This document shows, piece by piece, positions 1 to 9,633 of a stretch of DNA of 64,000 nucleotides. This DNA comes from an uncultured Bacilli bacterium. Lineage in GTDB: Bacteria; Bacillota_I; Bacilli_A; RFN20; CAG-826. The stretch covers positions 7,535-71,534 of the forward strand of contig CAVRMZ010000001.1 in assembly GCA_963722445.1 (NCBI GenBank), given 5' to 3'. The position numbers were made by a program, and so were the translations under genes. The notes under the pieces were generated by a model that saw only the letters and a program-made list of their open reading frames with translations, made no database searches and was not told the origin of the DNA. How positions within the stretch are numbered: position 1 is the first letter of the stretch; each line of letters begins with the position of its first letter.

Positions 1-203
1 CCCATGACCTGATCGATGCGATGCGGAATGAGGTGAAAAAGCGGGGGCTTGAGGCTAAGATTGAGCTCAAAGCCGCCTTTTGCCTTGGCAAATGCGGGTA
101 TGACGGCGTCACCATCAAGGTGGGCGCGAAGATCATCACCGGCGTGACCGTAGAACGTCTTCCCGCGATTTTCGACCGCGAAATCGCCCCGCTGGCGAAA
201 TGA
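1..203 (+). CDS. thioredoxin-like [2Fe-2S] ferredoxin domain protein, C-terminal part (5' end outside window)
   Basis: The reading frame is open from the window edge (in phase with nt 3: HDLIDAMRNE...). The motif AAFCLGKCGYDGVTIKVG is typical of NuoE/HndA-type thioredoxin-fold 2Fe-2S ferredoxins. It lies directly upstream of the hydrogenase genes. Confidence 0.6.
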   Translation, partial: HDLIDAMRNEVKKRGLEAKIELKAAFCLGKCGYDGVTIKVGAKIITGVTVERLPAIFDREIAPLAK

Positions 204-241
204 GGCATTTTCGCGGATAATCTTCTTAAGGAGGGCACCTT

Positions 242-1936
242 ATGAGCACCGCCTTGACGAGCAAAGAGAACGATTGCCGCTCTTGTTATAAATGCATTCG
301 GAACTGTCCGACCAAGTCCATTTCCTTTCAGAATGGGCAAGCGTCGATCATCCCTGACGAATGCGTCATGTGCGGGACCTGCTTTTTGGTATGCCCTCAG
401 TCTTGCAAGGTCATCCGGGACGATTTGGCGGTCGCTCAGAAACTGATCGCGGATCATCAAGACGTCATCGCCTCGGTGGCGCCAAGCTTTTTGGCTTCGT
501 TTCCCGGCGTTTCTTTCGAGACGATGAAAGCCGCGCTTCTTAACCTTGGGTTCCAGGACGCCGAGGAAACCGCGGTGGGGGCGACGATCGTCAAAAAGGA
601 ATATGACGCGCTTTGCGACGACGGGAAGCATGACATCATCATTTCGACCTGCTGCCATTCCATCAACCTTTTGATTGAAAAACATTATCCGGACGCGGCT
701 AAATACCTCGCTCCGGTTCTGTCTCCGATGCTGGCCCATGGCCTCGATCTCAAGCGGCGGCATCCTTCGGCCAAGGTGGTTTTCTTGGGGCCCTGCATCA
801 GCAAGAAAAACGAAATCGAGATGTATCCGGGGTCCGTCGACTGCGTTTTGACCTTCCTTGAGCTTGAGCGGTGGCTCGCCAAGGCGCAAATAACGATAGC
901 CCCAGATCCTAATCCAAAGAAGGTCGTGGCGTCCTTGGCGCGCCTGTTCCCGATCGAAGGCGGGATCCTCGCGACGATGAAGCGGGACAACCCGCGCTTT
1001 ACCTATATGGCCGTCACGGGGATGGAAGCCTCCATCGCCGCCCTCAAAGACATCCTTTCGGGCAAAGTCCATCAGGCTTTCATCGAGATGTCCTCTTGCC
1101 AGGGAAGCTGCATCAATGGGCCTGCCATCGATCCTGCAGCCCGAGCCGTCGTCAGTAGTTATTTAGCGGTTTCCCATAGCGCAGGCAAGGAAGACTTCGC
1201 CGTGGCCGCTTACGCTTCGGAGGAATTGAAGAAGAGAATGCCGGCTTTCAAGAAAGAAGAGATAAGGCCTTCCGAAGAGGAAATCACCGCGGTCTTGCGG
1301 AAGATTGGCAAGACAAGTCCCAAGGATGAGCTCAATTGCTCCTCCTGCGGCTATCCGACCTGCCGGGATAAGGCCATCGCGGTCCTTCGCGGCAAAGCGT
1401 CGTTGGAGATGTGTTTGCCCTTCCTCATGCAGAAAGCCCAGTCTTTCTCAAATTCCATCGTAGATACCTCTGATAACGCCATCCTGGCGCTAAACGAAGA
1501 CTTGGTGGTGCAACTAGCCAATCCGGCGATGGGGGTGCTTTTAGGCAAGGATTCGAAGGATCTCGTCGGCAAACCCGTCTCAGCTTTTTTAGAGCCGGAT
1601 TTATTCGCGGCGGCTTTGGCGGGCACCGCCGTCCGCGAAAGAAAGATCTACTTGGCCCCTTATGGGAAATACCTCGATGCGACGGTCTCGTACAATCCGC
1701 AGTTCCATATCATCATCGGGGTCTATCGCGATGTCACTAGCGAAGAGAAGAAACGGCAGAAAGATCAGGAGATCGCTTCGAAAGCCGCAAAGATCACGAC
1801 GGAAGTCATCGACAAGAACATGCGCGCGGTCCAGGAAATCGCCTCTTTATTAGGCGAATCGACGGCCGAAACCAAAGTCGCCCTCTCCCAACTCAAGGAC
1901 GTTTTGGCCAAAAGCGACAAAGAGGATGGCAAATGA
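242..1936 (+). CDS. sensory-type [FeFe]-hydrogenase-like protein with C-terminal PAS domain (HydS/HfsB-like)
   Basis: 564 aa. Two ferredoxin-type Cys motifs (CRSCYKCIRNCP, CVMCGTCFLVCP). H-cluster-like motifs ISTCCHS, GPCISKKNE and EMSSCQGSCINGP. An extra CSSCGYPTC cluster, then a PAS-like tail (NAILALNEDLVVQLANPAMGVLLG). Confidence 0.85.
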   Translation: MSTALTSKENDCRSCYKCIRNCPTKSISFQNGQASIIPDECVMCGTCFLVCPQSCKVIRDDLAVAQKLIADHQDVIASVAPSFLASFPGVSFETMKAALLNLGFQDAEETAVGATIVKKEYDALCDDGKHDIIISTCCHSINLLIEKHYPDAAKYLAPVLSPMLAHGLDLKRRHPSAKVVFLGPCISKKNEIEMYPGSVDCVLTFLELERWLAKAQITIAPDPNPKKVVASLARLFPIEGGILATMKRDNPRFTYMAVTGMEASIAALKDILSGKVHQAFIEMSSCQGSCINGPAIDPAARAVVSSYLAVSHSAGKEDFAVAAYASEELKKRMPAFKKEEIRPSEEEITAVLRKIGKTSPKDELNCSSCGYPTCRDKAIAVLRGKASLEMCLPFLMQKAQSFSNSIVDTSDNAILALNEDLVVQLANPAMGVLLGKDSKDLVGKPVSAFLEPDLFAAALAGTAVRERKIYLAPYGKYLDATVSYNPQFHIIIGVYRDVTSEEKKRQKDQEIASKAAKITTEVIDKNMRAVQEIASLLGESTAETKVALSQLKDVLAKSDKEDGK

Positions 1937-3108
1937 GCGAAGAGACGGAACTTGAGACCGGCTTTCTCTCGCTTAGCAAAGCCGGAGAAGAGCTCTGCGG
2001 AGACCACGCCGAGGAAATCAAGAGCGAAAGCGGGACCACCTTCGTTTTGGCGGATGGGCTGGGAAGCGGGGTCCAGGCCAGCATTTTGAGCACCCTCACC
2101 TCCGCGATGCTCTCGACGATGATCGAAGGGGGGCTTTCCCTTTCCGATGCCGTCAGCAGCGTCATCAAGACCCTTCCCATCGCCAAAAACCGCGGGAACG
2201 TGGCTTATAGCACCTTCACGATCGTGAAGGTTCTGCCAGATTTTTCGGCGGTTATCTATAACTACGACAATCCCGAACCGATCTTCCTTCACCAAGGCAA
2301 GGACAAGGCCCTGCGGTGGGAGGGCAAGGAAATCGAAGGGAAAAAGATCCAGGTCGCGGAAACGTATCTGGAAGAAAACGACGTGCTGATCCTCGTGACC
2401 GACGGGGCGGTCTATGCGGGGGTGGGGGAGACCCTCAATTTCGGGTGGACGCGGAAAGAGATCGTCACTTATATGGAAGCGCTCTACGATCCTTCGATCT
2501 CGAGCAAGGATCTGGCGACGTTGCTCGTCGACCATTGCGATCTTCTCTATAACCGCAAGCCGGGGGACGACACCTCGGCGGCGGTATTGCGGCGCCGCAA
2601 CAAGAAAGCCGTCAATCTGATGGTGGGTCCGGCGACGAACCCCCTGGACGACCGCAAGATGATGTCCTTGTTCTTCTCGAAAGAAGGCGAACACATCGTC
2701 TGCGGCGGCACTTCCGCGAAGGTCGCTTCCTCCTATCTTCGCGAGAAAGTGCTTACTTCGCTTGACTATGTCAACCCCGAAGTCCCGCCGACGAGTACGA
2801 TTGAAGGCGTCGATCTTGTGACCGAGGGCGTCATCACCCTCAATAGACTCGTGGAACTCGCGCGGGATCACTTAGGGCCGAATAAAGCCTATTTCGATTG
2901 GTCGTTTCGGCAGGATGGCGCCTCCTTGCTGGCCAAAGCCCTTTTCGAGGATGCGACCGATATTTCGTTCTTCGTCGGCTGCGCGGTTAACCCCGCTCAT
3001 CAAGACCCGCGCTATCATATAAACATCTCGACGAAGATGCAGCTCGTCGAAGAATTGGCCGTTTCCCTCAAGAAAATGGGGAAACGAATCAAAGTCGCTT
3101 ATTTCTAG
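1933..3108 (+). CDS. SpoIIE/PP2C-family serine phosphatase (HfsC-like)
   Basis: 391 aa. Its start overlaps the upstream stop (ATGA), suggesting translational coupling. PP2C-like motifs: CGDHAE, VLADGLGSGVQAS, ILVTDGAVYAG, PGDDTSAAVL. Confidence 0.8.
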   Translation: MSEETELETGFLSLSKAGEELCGDHAEEIKSESGTTFVLADGLGSGVQASILSTLTSAMLSTMIEGGLSLSDAVSSVIKTLPIAKNRGNVAYSTFTIVKVLPDFSAVIYNYDNPEPIFLHQGKDKALRWEGKEIEGKKIQVAETYLEENDVLILVTDGAVYAGVGETLNFGWTRKEIVTYMEALYDPSISSKDLATLLVDHCDLLYNRKPGDDTSAAVLRRRNKKAVNLMVGPATNPLDDRKMMSLFFSKEGEHIVCGGTSAKVASSYLREKVLTSLDYVNPEVPPTSTIEGVDLVTEGVITLNRLVELARDHLGPNKAYFDWSFRQDGASLLAKALFEDATDISFFVGCAVNPAHQDPRYHINISTKMQLVEELAVSLKKMGKRIKVAYF

Positions 3109-3127
3109 AGGAAGGAAACCACAGCCC

Positions 3128-4561
3128 ATGCCCAAATTTGACACACAAGTTCAAGAACTCAAGTATCGGGTCCTCAAGGAAGTAGCCAAAAGCTACTACC
3201 AGGGCACTCTTTTGGAAGATATGCCGAATATTCCAAAACTTATCTCCCCAGGGCCGAAGCCCACGATGCGCTGCTGCATCTATAAAGAAAGAGCCATCGC
3301 GGCCGACCGAGTGACCCTTGCCATGGGCGGCGATAAGAAAAATCCCAATATCCTCGAGGTCATCGAATCGGCTTGCGACCAATGCCCGATCGGGGGAGTG
3401 ACCGTCACGGCCGCCTGCCGGGGCTGCTTGGCCCATCGGTGCCAGCAAGCCTGTCACCGCAGCGCCATTTCTTTCGATGAGCATCTTCACGCCCAGATCG
3501 ACAAGAGCAAGTGCGTCAACTGCGGGCAATGCCTTAAAGCCTGCCCCTTCGGCGCCATCATTAACTATAAAAGGCCCTGCGAGAACGCCTGCAAGGTCCA
3601 CGCCATTTCGGAACGAGAAGATGGCATCTCGAAGATCGACGAGAGCAAGTGCACCCGTTGCGGGGCGTGCTCCTTTGCCTGCCCCTTCGGCGCCATCATG
3701 GACAAGAGCTATATCCTTAAATGCATCGATATCACGAGGGATAACGAGAAAGGCAAATGCAACGCCTACATGATCGTGGCCCCCTCGATCTCCTCGCAAT
3801 TCCATTACGCCAAACTTGGCCAAGTCATCAGCGGCATCAAAGCCTTAGGCTTCCATTCCGTCGTCGAAGCGGCTTTGGGGGCCGATATGGTGGCCTATGC
3901 CGAAGCGAAGGAATTGTCGGATAAAAAGCTTTTGACGTCTTCGTGCTGCACCGCCTTCAAGAAATACATCGAGATCGCCTTCCCGGATTTGAAAGGCCAT
4001 ATCTCAACGAGCCTTTCCCCGATGGCGACCATCGCCAAATATCTCAAAAAGGTCGATCCGACCTGCGAAACCGTCTTTGTCGGGCCCTGCATCGCCAAGA
4101 AGATGGAAATGAGCGAGGAAGCTTCGAAGCCCTATATCGATTGCGTGATCACCTTCGAGGAACTTCAGGCTTTGATCGATGCCAAAGGGATCGACTTGGC
4201 GGCCTTGCCGGAGAAGCCGCTTGACAACGCCTCCTATTTCGGACGTATTTTCGCCCGCTGCGGCGGTCTTTCGGAAGCGGTCCAAGAAGCGATAAAAGAG
4301 CAGAAATCCTCCTTTGAAGTCAAAGGGACCTACGTTTCGGGCCTTGATAACTGCAAGGTCGCCTTAACCGCAATTGAAGGAGAGAAGCCAGCGTTCAATT
4401 TCGTGGAAGGCATGGCCTGCGTCGGCGGCTGCATCGGCGGGCCGTCTTGCCTCACCCACGAGGTGAGGGATGCCTCCTCGGTCGATACCTATGGCAAGGA
4501 ATCCCGCGAGAAAACGATCGCGGGGGCGATCGATGGCATCCTGGCGTTGCCTGAGAAATAA
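3128..4561 (+). CDS. monomeric [FeFe]-hydrogenase (catalytic type)
   Basis: 477 aa. 4Fe-4S motifs CVNCGQCLKACP and CTRCGACSFACP. Canonical H-cluster motifs TSSCCTAF, GPCIAKKME and EGMACVGGCIGGP. Confidence 0.85.
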   Translation: MPKFDTQVQELKYRVLKEVAKSYYQGTLLEDMPNIPKLISPGPKPTMRCCIYKERAIAADRVTLAMGGDKKNPNILEVIESACDQCPIGGVTVTAACRGCLAHRCQQACHRSAISFDEHLHAQIDKSKCVNCGQCLKACPFGAIINYKRPCENACKVHAISEREDGISKIDESKCTRCGACSFACPFGAIMDKSYILKCIDITRDNEKGKCNAYMIVAPSISSQFHYAKLGQVISGIKALGFHSVVEAALGADMVAYAEAKELSDKKLLTSSCCTAFKKYIEIAFPDLKGHISTSLSPMATIAKYLKKVDPTCETVFVGPCIAKKMEMSEEASKPYIDCVITFEELQALIDAKGIDLAALPEKPLDNASYFGRIFARCGGLSEAVQEAIKEQKSSFEVKGTYVSGLDNCKVALTAIEGEKPAFNFVEGMACVGGCIGGPSCLTHEVRDASSVDTYGKESREKTIAGAIDGILALPEK

Positions 4562-4600
4562 CGCGAAAGCAAAAAAAGAAAGCGGGTTGCGGCCCGTTTT

Positions 4601-5323
4601 CTAATCGCAGAAGGAATAACAGGCGATGGAGACGGCGTTATCAAGGTTTAAAGAATCGACCTTTGAGCTTTGGGGGATGAGAAGCGGGGTTCCGATGGCT
4701 AAGAAAGAATCCGGAAGGCCAGTCGCTTCGTTTCCGAAAATAAGGGAATACGGTTTTTCTTTCTTGGCGTCCGAAAGCAGGACTTTGGCCTTGAGCATGA
4801 AAGGAAAGTAGTGGCGTTCGCCCATTTCCTTTTGGTAGTCTTCAAAAGAGCCGTAGCAATGGAAAGGGACGGAGAAGACCGCTCCCATCGAGCTTCGCAC
4901 CGTCTTGGGATCGAAAGCATCCGCGGCGGGGGTGACAATGGCCAATCCTCCAAGGTTAAAAGCGGCGCAGGTTCGCATGATCGTGCCTAAATTGCCCATG
5001 TTGCTGGGATGCACTAAAACCACGTGGTTGCTTTTTCTGTCGAGAGGGGAGGAAAACTTCGCGAATTCCCCAATCACCATGACATTGTCTTTATCCGATA
5101 AGAGAAAGATCTTCTCGTTGTTCTCGACAACGGGAATGGCCAGAGTCTTTGCAAGAGCAACGATTTTCTCATACGTTTCGTCTCGGCGTTGCTTGCTTGA
5201 GATATAAACCTTGCGGGCTTGTTCGCCTTTCCGCAAAAGGAGCTCGAAGGTCAGTGTCGTTCCTAAGGTGTAGGAGAGCAAAGAGGCCTTGTCGTATTTT
5301 GTCATAGCTAAATTATAAAACAA
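4601..5323 (-). CDS. TrmH/SpoU-family RNA 2'-O-methyltransferase
   Basis: 240 aa. SpoU motifs VLVHPSNMGNLGTIMRTCAAF, LIFGNEATGLP and SLNLDNAVSIACY. Confidence 0.8.
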   Translation of the reverse strand: MFYNLAMTKYDKASLLSYTLGTTLTFELLLRKGEQARKVYISSKQRRDETYEKIVALAKTLAIPVVENNEKIFLLSDKDNVMVIGEFAKFSSPLDRKSNHVVLVHPSNMGNLGTIMRTCAAFNLGGLAIVTPAADAFDPKTVRSSMGAVFSVPFHCYGSFEDYQKEMGERHYFPFMLKAKVLLSDAKKEKPYSLIFGNEATGLPDSFLAIGTPLLIPQSSKVDSLNLDNAVSIACYSFCD

Positions 5324-5370
5324 ACGGGATGAGAAGTGGGAAACGCGTCTATACGAGAGGTGGAGGAACT

Positions 5371-5748
5371 ATGGATCAGGAACCCGTGCGTCTATCCCGT
5401 CTCTCGAAAGCCCTCGAGAAAACCGTGGGAGTGGATTTCGGAGCGGATGTCTTTGTCTACCTCAGCGAAGAGGATCTCCGCCATATGAGCGAGCTTTGGG
5501 CGTCTTCCTATCTTCTTAAGATCGAGGAAGCTTCCAAGATCATTCGCTCGCCGCTATATGCCGCTTATGACGGGAAAAGCCATAAACTCTATCTGATTAA
5601 GGAATACGTAACCGCGGAGGGGTTTAAGAAAGTCGCTCTCGAGATTGCGAAAGAAGGCCAGTGGCATCTCAAAAAAATCTATGGTCTCACGCCCGAAAAA
5701 GCGAAGGAACTAGGCGCTTTAGCTCAGATCCTTCCCGTAATGAAGTGA
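5371..5748 (+). CDS. hypothetical protein (125 aa)
   Basis: ATG at 5371 is preceded by GGAGG (5362-5366). The ORF-track start at 5329 lacks an RBS. No motif recognised with confidence. Confidence 0.4.
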   Translation: MDQEPVRLSRLSKALEKTVGVDFGADVFVYLSEEDLRHMSELWASSYLLKIEEASKIIRSPLYAAYDGKSHKLYLIKEYVTAEGFKKVALEIAKEGQWHLKKIYGLTPEKAKELGALAQILPVMK

Positions 5749-5779
5749 CAATCCTCGATATCATGGTATAAATGGGTCA

Positions 5780-6322
5780 ATGGAAGACTATTCCCAAACC
5801 CTTTTGACGCAGCGCCTCCTCCTCCGTCCCTACGAAGATGGGGATGCTTTGCCGATGTTCAAGAACTGGGCCGCGGATCCGGAGGTGACGAAATATCTTA
5901 CTTGGCTGCCTTATGCGTCTATGGACAAAGTCGAGGCTTGGATCCGCTACAAGCTCATCTATCAAGACGCGCCAAGGCATTATGGGTGGATTATCTCCTT
6001 GGATGGGGAGGCTATCGGAACCATCGATTTGGTGGATGAATTCACCGATGGAGGCTTTGAGATTGGCTACTGCTTGGGCCAAAAATACTGGAAACGGGGC
6101 TATATGAGCGAGGCCTTCCATGAAGTCTTGAATTTCATGTTTTCCCGCGCGGGCTATTCCTTTGCCATCATGCGCGCGGAAAAAGAGAATTTGGCAAGCG
6201 TGAAGATCATTGAGAAAGAGGGTTTCACCTTCCTTTTCTTCACCGACCAGGCGCTCGCTCAAAAGAAAAGGAACGCTCATTTGGCGGTGTATCGCCTCGA
6301 CAAAGCCGATTTCGTTTATTGA
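5780..6322 (+). CDS. GNAT-family N-acetyltransferase (RimJ/RimL-like)
   Basis: 180 aa. N-terminus LLLRPYEDGDALPMFKNWAADPEVTKYL and the GYCLGQKYWKRGYMSEA acetyl-CoA region are typical of RimJ/RimL-type GNATs. Confidence 0.8.
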   Translation: MEDYSQTLLTQRLLLRPYEDGDALPMFKNWAADPEVTKYLTWLPYASMDKVEAWIRYKLIYQDAPRHYGWIISLDGEAIGTIDLVDEFTDGGFEIGYCLGQKYWKRGYMSEAFHEVLNFMFSRAGYSFAIMRAEKENLASVKIIEKEGFTFLFFTDQALAQKKRNAHLAVYRLDKADFVY

Positions 6323-7032
6323 ACGAGGGGCTTCTTGGGGAAGTATTTGCCAGCCATGAGATTGTTGAAGAAAAGCAGCAAATACGAGACAGAAACGAAC
6401 AATCCGAGCATCGCAAAGGAACTGAAGACCACGCCGTTCCAGCCGCCGTTCCCCGCGAACCAGCTTGGGACGGAGGCATTGCTTGCGAATTCCGAAGTGT
6501 CGAAAATCGGGCAGGTGATGGTGGCATCGCCGCTGATGGAGTGCCGCGTCAGCTGAAACAAAAAGAACAAAACCGGATAAATAAGCCAATAAAGAACCGT
6601 CACCCATTTGACGGTGCCCTTTTCACCAAACAAGATCCAGTCGGAAATGAAAAGCAACGGGAAGACGATATGAGCGAAAACGATGGCGGTAACGGCATGA
6701 GACGGGAAATAGGCGCCTCCGACAAGGGCCACGGAGGAAGGGTAGGCAAATAAATCCGTGGCTTCAAGGGCCACGGATGCGAGGCTTAAGGGGCTCCAGA
6801 CGCCGGGCGCTAAGCCATTAGCGCCTTTAGAAAGGCCAATCCCATTGGCGATGATCTCCGCCGTCAGGATAGCGGCGGCGAAAAGCGTGATTTCGGTGTC
6901 GAAGTAGAGAACGCTCTCAAAATAGTTTCCGTTCTCTTCTTCGTCAAGAACAAGAAATACCAAGGCCGCCACAGCGAAACCTAAAAGGATAATTCGGTAA
7001 ATAAAGGCGAAAATGCGGTTACGAATTGCCAT
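6316..7032 (-). CDS. integral membrane protein, function unknown
   Basis: 238 aa with about 6 hydrophobic helices. Convergent with the GNAT gene, with a 7-nt overlap. No catalytic motif seen. Confidence 0.6.
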   Translation of the reverse strand: MAIRNRIFAFIYRIILLGFAVAALVFLVLDEEENGNYFESVLYFDTEITLFAAAILTAEIIANGIGLSKGANGLAPGVWSPLSLASVALEATDLFAYPSSVALVGGAYFPSHAVTAIVFAHIVFPLLFISDWILFGEKGTVKWVTVLYWLIYPVLFFLFQLTRHSISGDATITCPIFDTSEFASNASVPSWFAGNGGWNGVVFSSFAMLGLFVSVSYLLLFFNNLMAGKYFPKKPLVQ

Positions 7033-7085
7033 ATGCTGTATTTTCCCTCTTTTAATTGGCTTTTCAAGATAAGAAAATTAACCTC

Positions 7086-7601
7086 ATGGAACTCCTAGAA
7101 ACCTTAAAAGACGATCAATACCCCTTCCAGGGGATTGAGCATGTGCGATTTGTCAGCCGCGCCATCGTCATCGCCGACAATGGTTTGGCGGCCGTTCACC
7201 ACCTCATCCGGGATGATGCTTTCGGGAAGTTTGACTATTATGAAACCCCAGGAGGCGGCGTCGGTAACGACGAGTCCCCCGAGCATGCGGTCATTCGGGA
7301 ATGCCGTGAGGAAATCGGCTATGTCGTCAAAGTCATCAAACCGCTTGGGGAGATCGATGATTTCTATAATCTTCTCAAGCGGGAGAATCGTAACTTCTAT
7401 TATCTTTGCCATCGGACCGGGCCCTTTTTGGGCACGGAATTCGTGAGCAAAGGGGATTCTTTCATCAAGGAGACCCTTTACCTCCCGATCGAAGACGTCA
7501 TCGCCCTTTACAAGGCCACCTCAGACAGCAAACTCCCGCTTCTCGTCAAAAGACGGGAACTCCCCATTTGGAGTCGGGCTCTTGAGCTCGGGATAAAATG
7601 A
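7086..7601 (+). CDS. NUDIX hydrolase
   Basis: Nudix box GGGVGNDESPEHAVIRECREEIGY. The ORF opens at TTG 7056, but ATG 7086 is the more likely start. Confidence 0.8.
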   Translation: MELLETLKDDQYPFQGIEHVRFVSRAIVIADNGLAAVHHLIRDDAFGKFDYYETPGGGVGNDESPEHAVIRECREEIGYVVKVIKPLGEIDDFYNLLKRENRNFYYLCHRTGPFLGTEFVSKGDSFIKETLYLPIEDVIALYKATSDSKLPLLVKRRELPIWSRALELGIK

Positions 7602-7641
7602 CTTGCTCTCAAGGCCAAGACTGCCTAAACTAATACCCGCT

Positions 7642-7719
7642 GGCGGAATTGGTGAAGCGGTTTAACACAACCGGCTGTGAACCGGCCATGCATGGGTTCG
7701 AATCCCATACTCCGCCCCA
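7642..7719 (+). tRNA. tRNA-His (GTG)
   Basis: Hand-folded cloverleaf. G-1 plus acceptor GCGGAAT/ACTCCGC. Anticodon loop CTGTGAA (GTG). T-arm ATGGG-TTCGAAT-CCCAT. Discriminator C and an encoded CCA. Confidence 0.85.
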
Positions 7720-7730
7720 TAAGCAAAATT

Positions 7731-7752
7731 GCCCCTTCAAAGGGGCTTTTTT
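7731..7752 (+). terminator. rho-independent terminator after tRNA-His
   Basis: Hairpin GCCCCT-TCAA-AGGGGC followed by TTTTTT. Confidence 0.7.
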
Positions 7753-7807
7753 AGTCCTTTGACCCAATAAGGAAAAAGGCCTGGAATGTCCTTTGCAGCG
7801 ATGGGAA

Positions 7808-8935
7808 TCAATAGGCGATCGTCTCTTTTATCGGGGTGTTCTTTATCTTGTGGCGGCAATAGCCTAAGGCGCTTTCGTAACATATCGCGAACAGCAAGGC
7901 GCTGAGCAAAAGCCCTTTCCAGGAAAAGACGAAAGAAAGCCGATAGGAATTCGCGAAGAAACTAAGCATGGCTTTCATGAGCAGGTATTGATAGACGGTT
8001 CCGATCCCAAAGCCGATCAAGGCGATGAGACGGTAACCGCCATAAACCGCTTGCGAGCATTCTTTGTCGCGATAGCCATAGGCCTTGAGAAGCCCGAGAT
8101 AGGGGGCGTTGGCGTTATAGACGAAGCGAAAAGCCAAAAAGAGAACGGTGGTTCCGAGAAGCAAACCGATAAGGAACATCATCCAGAAGAACAAAGGCGA
8201 GGTTCCGACCTGATCCATCGAGAAGGACATTTGGACGGTAGCCCCATAGCAAAGGGCGGCAAACCCCACGAAGACAACGAGGAGAACATGATTGCGGAGG
8301 ATCGTTTTCCTAAGGCCTTTTAGAAAAGGCAAGTCCCCCTTCGCTTTTCGCACTTTGCCGTTCTTGGCGCTTTTTTGGATCATCCTGAGCGCGGTTTTCC
8401 GCAGTTTCAGCCGGGCCATGAGATAAGCGAAAGCCGCGAAAAATAAAGAAGGGGTGAGGACTAAAAACAGAAATACGAGAAAATTGAACCGGAAGGCGAT
8501 ATCCGGAAGCGTATGGTCGGCGTTCATCGTGGCGTAAAAAAGCGGAATGAAAGCCAAAGCGGAAAGATAGCCGACCGCAGTTCCGATAAGGCAATTCAGG
8601 CCGAATTTGCAAAAAGGGAGCGATATCTCGTGATTCGTATATCCTAAGGCTTTTAAAATCCCCATGTTCGCTTCGTTTTCGGAAATGTAGCGTTCCACCG
8701 AAAAGAAAAGAAGGAGAACCGCGAAGACGCCTAAGACCCCTCCGGAAACGGCGACGGTGGTTTTGCTCATGGCGATTTGGCCATTAAAAAGCGCGATTTG
8801 CTTCGCCTCGCTCAAAGTGCCATCCAATTCATGGATGTCGAGGCTATACGAGATGAAAAGGGTGCTGATGAAGACCGCGCAGAAGCAAATGATGTCAACC
8901 CCACAGGATTTCAAAACGCTTTTGAGAGTGAGCAT
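7808..8935 (-). CDS. ABC transporter permease (FtsX/MacB-type)
   Basis: 375 aa, polytopic. Lies immediately downstream of the ATPase gene in the same operon. Confidence 0.75.
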   Translation of the reverse strand: MLTLKSVLKSCGVDIICFCAVFISTLFISYSLDIHELDGTLSEAKQIALFNGQIAMSKTTVAVSGGVLGVFAVLLLFFSVERYISENEANMGILKALGYTNHEISLPFCKFGLNCLIGTAVGYLSALAFIPLFYATMNADHTLPDIAFRFNFLVFLFLVLTPSLFFAAFAYLMARLKLRKTALRMIQKSAKNGKVRKAKGDLPFLKGLRKTILRNHVLLVVFVGFAALCYGATVQMSFSMDQVGTSPLFFWMMFLIGLLLGTTVLFLAFRFVYNANAPYLGLLKAYGYRDKECSQAVYGGYRLIALIGFGIGTVYQYLLMKAMLSFFANSYRLSFVFSWKGLLLSALLFAICYESALGYCRHKIKNTPIKETIAY

Positions 8936-8943
8936 AAAGCCTC

Positions 8944-9633
8944 CTACCAGGCGATTGCGTCGACGGAAAGCGGGACGTTGGCCTCTTCTTTGACGAGGCT
9001 GCCGCTATTGACGAAGAGTATTTTCGAGGCGAGGCGGGCGATGTTGGCGTTGTGGGTCACCATCACGATCGTGTATTTTTCTTGGCGTTGCAGCGAGATG
9101 AGATAACGCAAAATGGAGCGGCCTGTGGCCTCATCGAGCGCTCCCGTGGGCTCGTCGCAGAATAGATAGCGGGGCTTTTTGGCAAGGGCCCGCGCAATCG
9201 AGACTCTTTGCTGCTCTCCGCCTGAAAGCTGACTCGGGAGTTTCTTTTCTTTTCCCGTAAGGCCGACCGCCGCAATAAGAGAGCTTACGTTTTTGTTGTT
9301 GGCCAGATTGGCGCCCATTTGGATGTTGGCTTCGACGGTTAAGGCCGGCATGAGATAATAGGCTTGAAAGATATAAGCCGTTTCCGCTCGGCGGAAGGCG
9401 GTTAGATGCTTATCGTCGAGTTTGGTGATATCGGTTTGATCGTAATTGATAAAGCCGCTGTCGACCCGGTCGAGGCCTGAGAGGCAATTGAGCAGCGTGG
9501 ACTTGCCCGATCCGGAAGGCCCCAAAATGGCGACAAAGGCGCCCTCTTCGATGGTCAAAGAAATGTGATTGAGCGCGATTAACGGTTTCTCGCCATTAGC
9601 GTAGGTTTTGACGATGTCGGTTACTTTAAGCAT
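8944..9633 (-). CDS. ABC transporter ATP-binding protein
   Basis: Walker [10 protein letters not shown], signature [15 protein letters not shown], Walker [13 protein letters not shown]-loop VTHN. Confidence 0.9.
   Translation of the reverse strand: MLKVTDIVKTYANGEKPLIALNHISLTIEEGAFVAILGPSGSGKSTLLNCLSGLDRVDSGFINYDQTDITKLDDKHLTAFRRAETAYIFQAYYLMPALTVEANIQMGANLANNKNVSSLIAAVGLTGKEKKLPSQLSGGEQQRVSIARALAKKPRYLFCDEPTGALDEATGRSILRYLISLQRQEKYTIVMVTHNANIARLASKILFVNSGSLVKEEANVPLSVDAIAW

Noticed and set aside
1765-2871. 368-aa minus-strand ORF antisense to the PP2C phosphatase and HydS genes
   Set aside because: It has Arg/Gly/Asp-rich shadow composition with no motifs. It fully overlaps two plus-strand genes that carry clear catalytic motifs.
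3089-3823. 244-aa minus-strand ORF antisense to the catalytic hydrogenase; similar cases at 30536-31228, 35232-35798, 61283-61969 and 40668-41051
   Set aside because: All are shadow ORFs opposite genes with unambiguous motifs.
5777-6607. 276-aa minus-strand ORF overlapping the GNAT gene and the membrane-protein gene
   Set aside because: It overlaps a well-supported GNAT gene on the opposite strand and is out of frame with the real minus-strand membrane gene. No motifs found.
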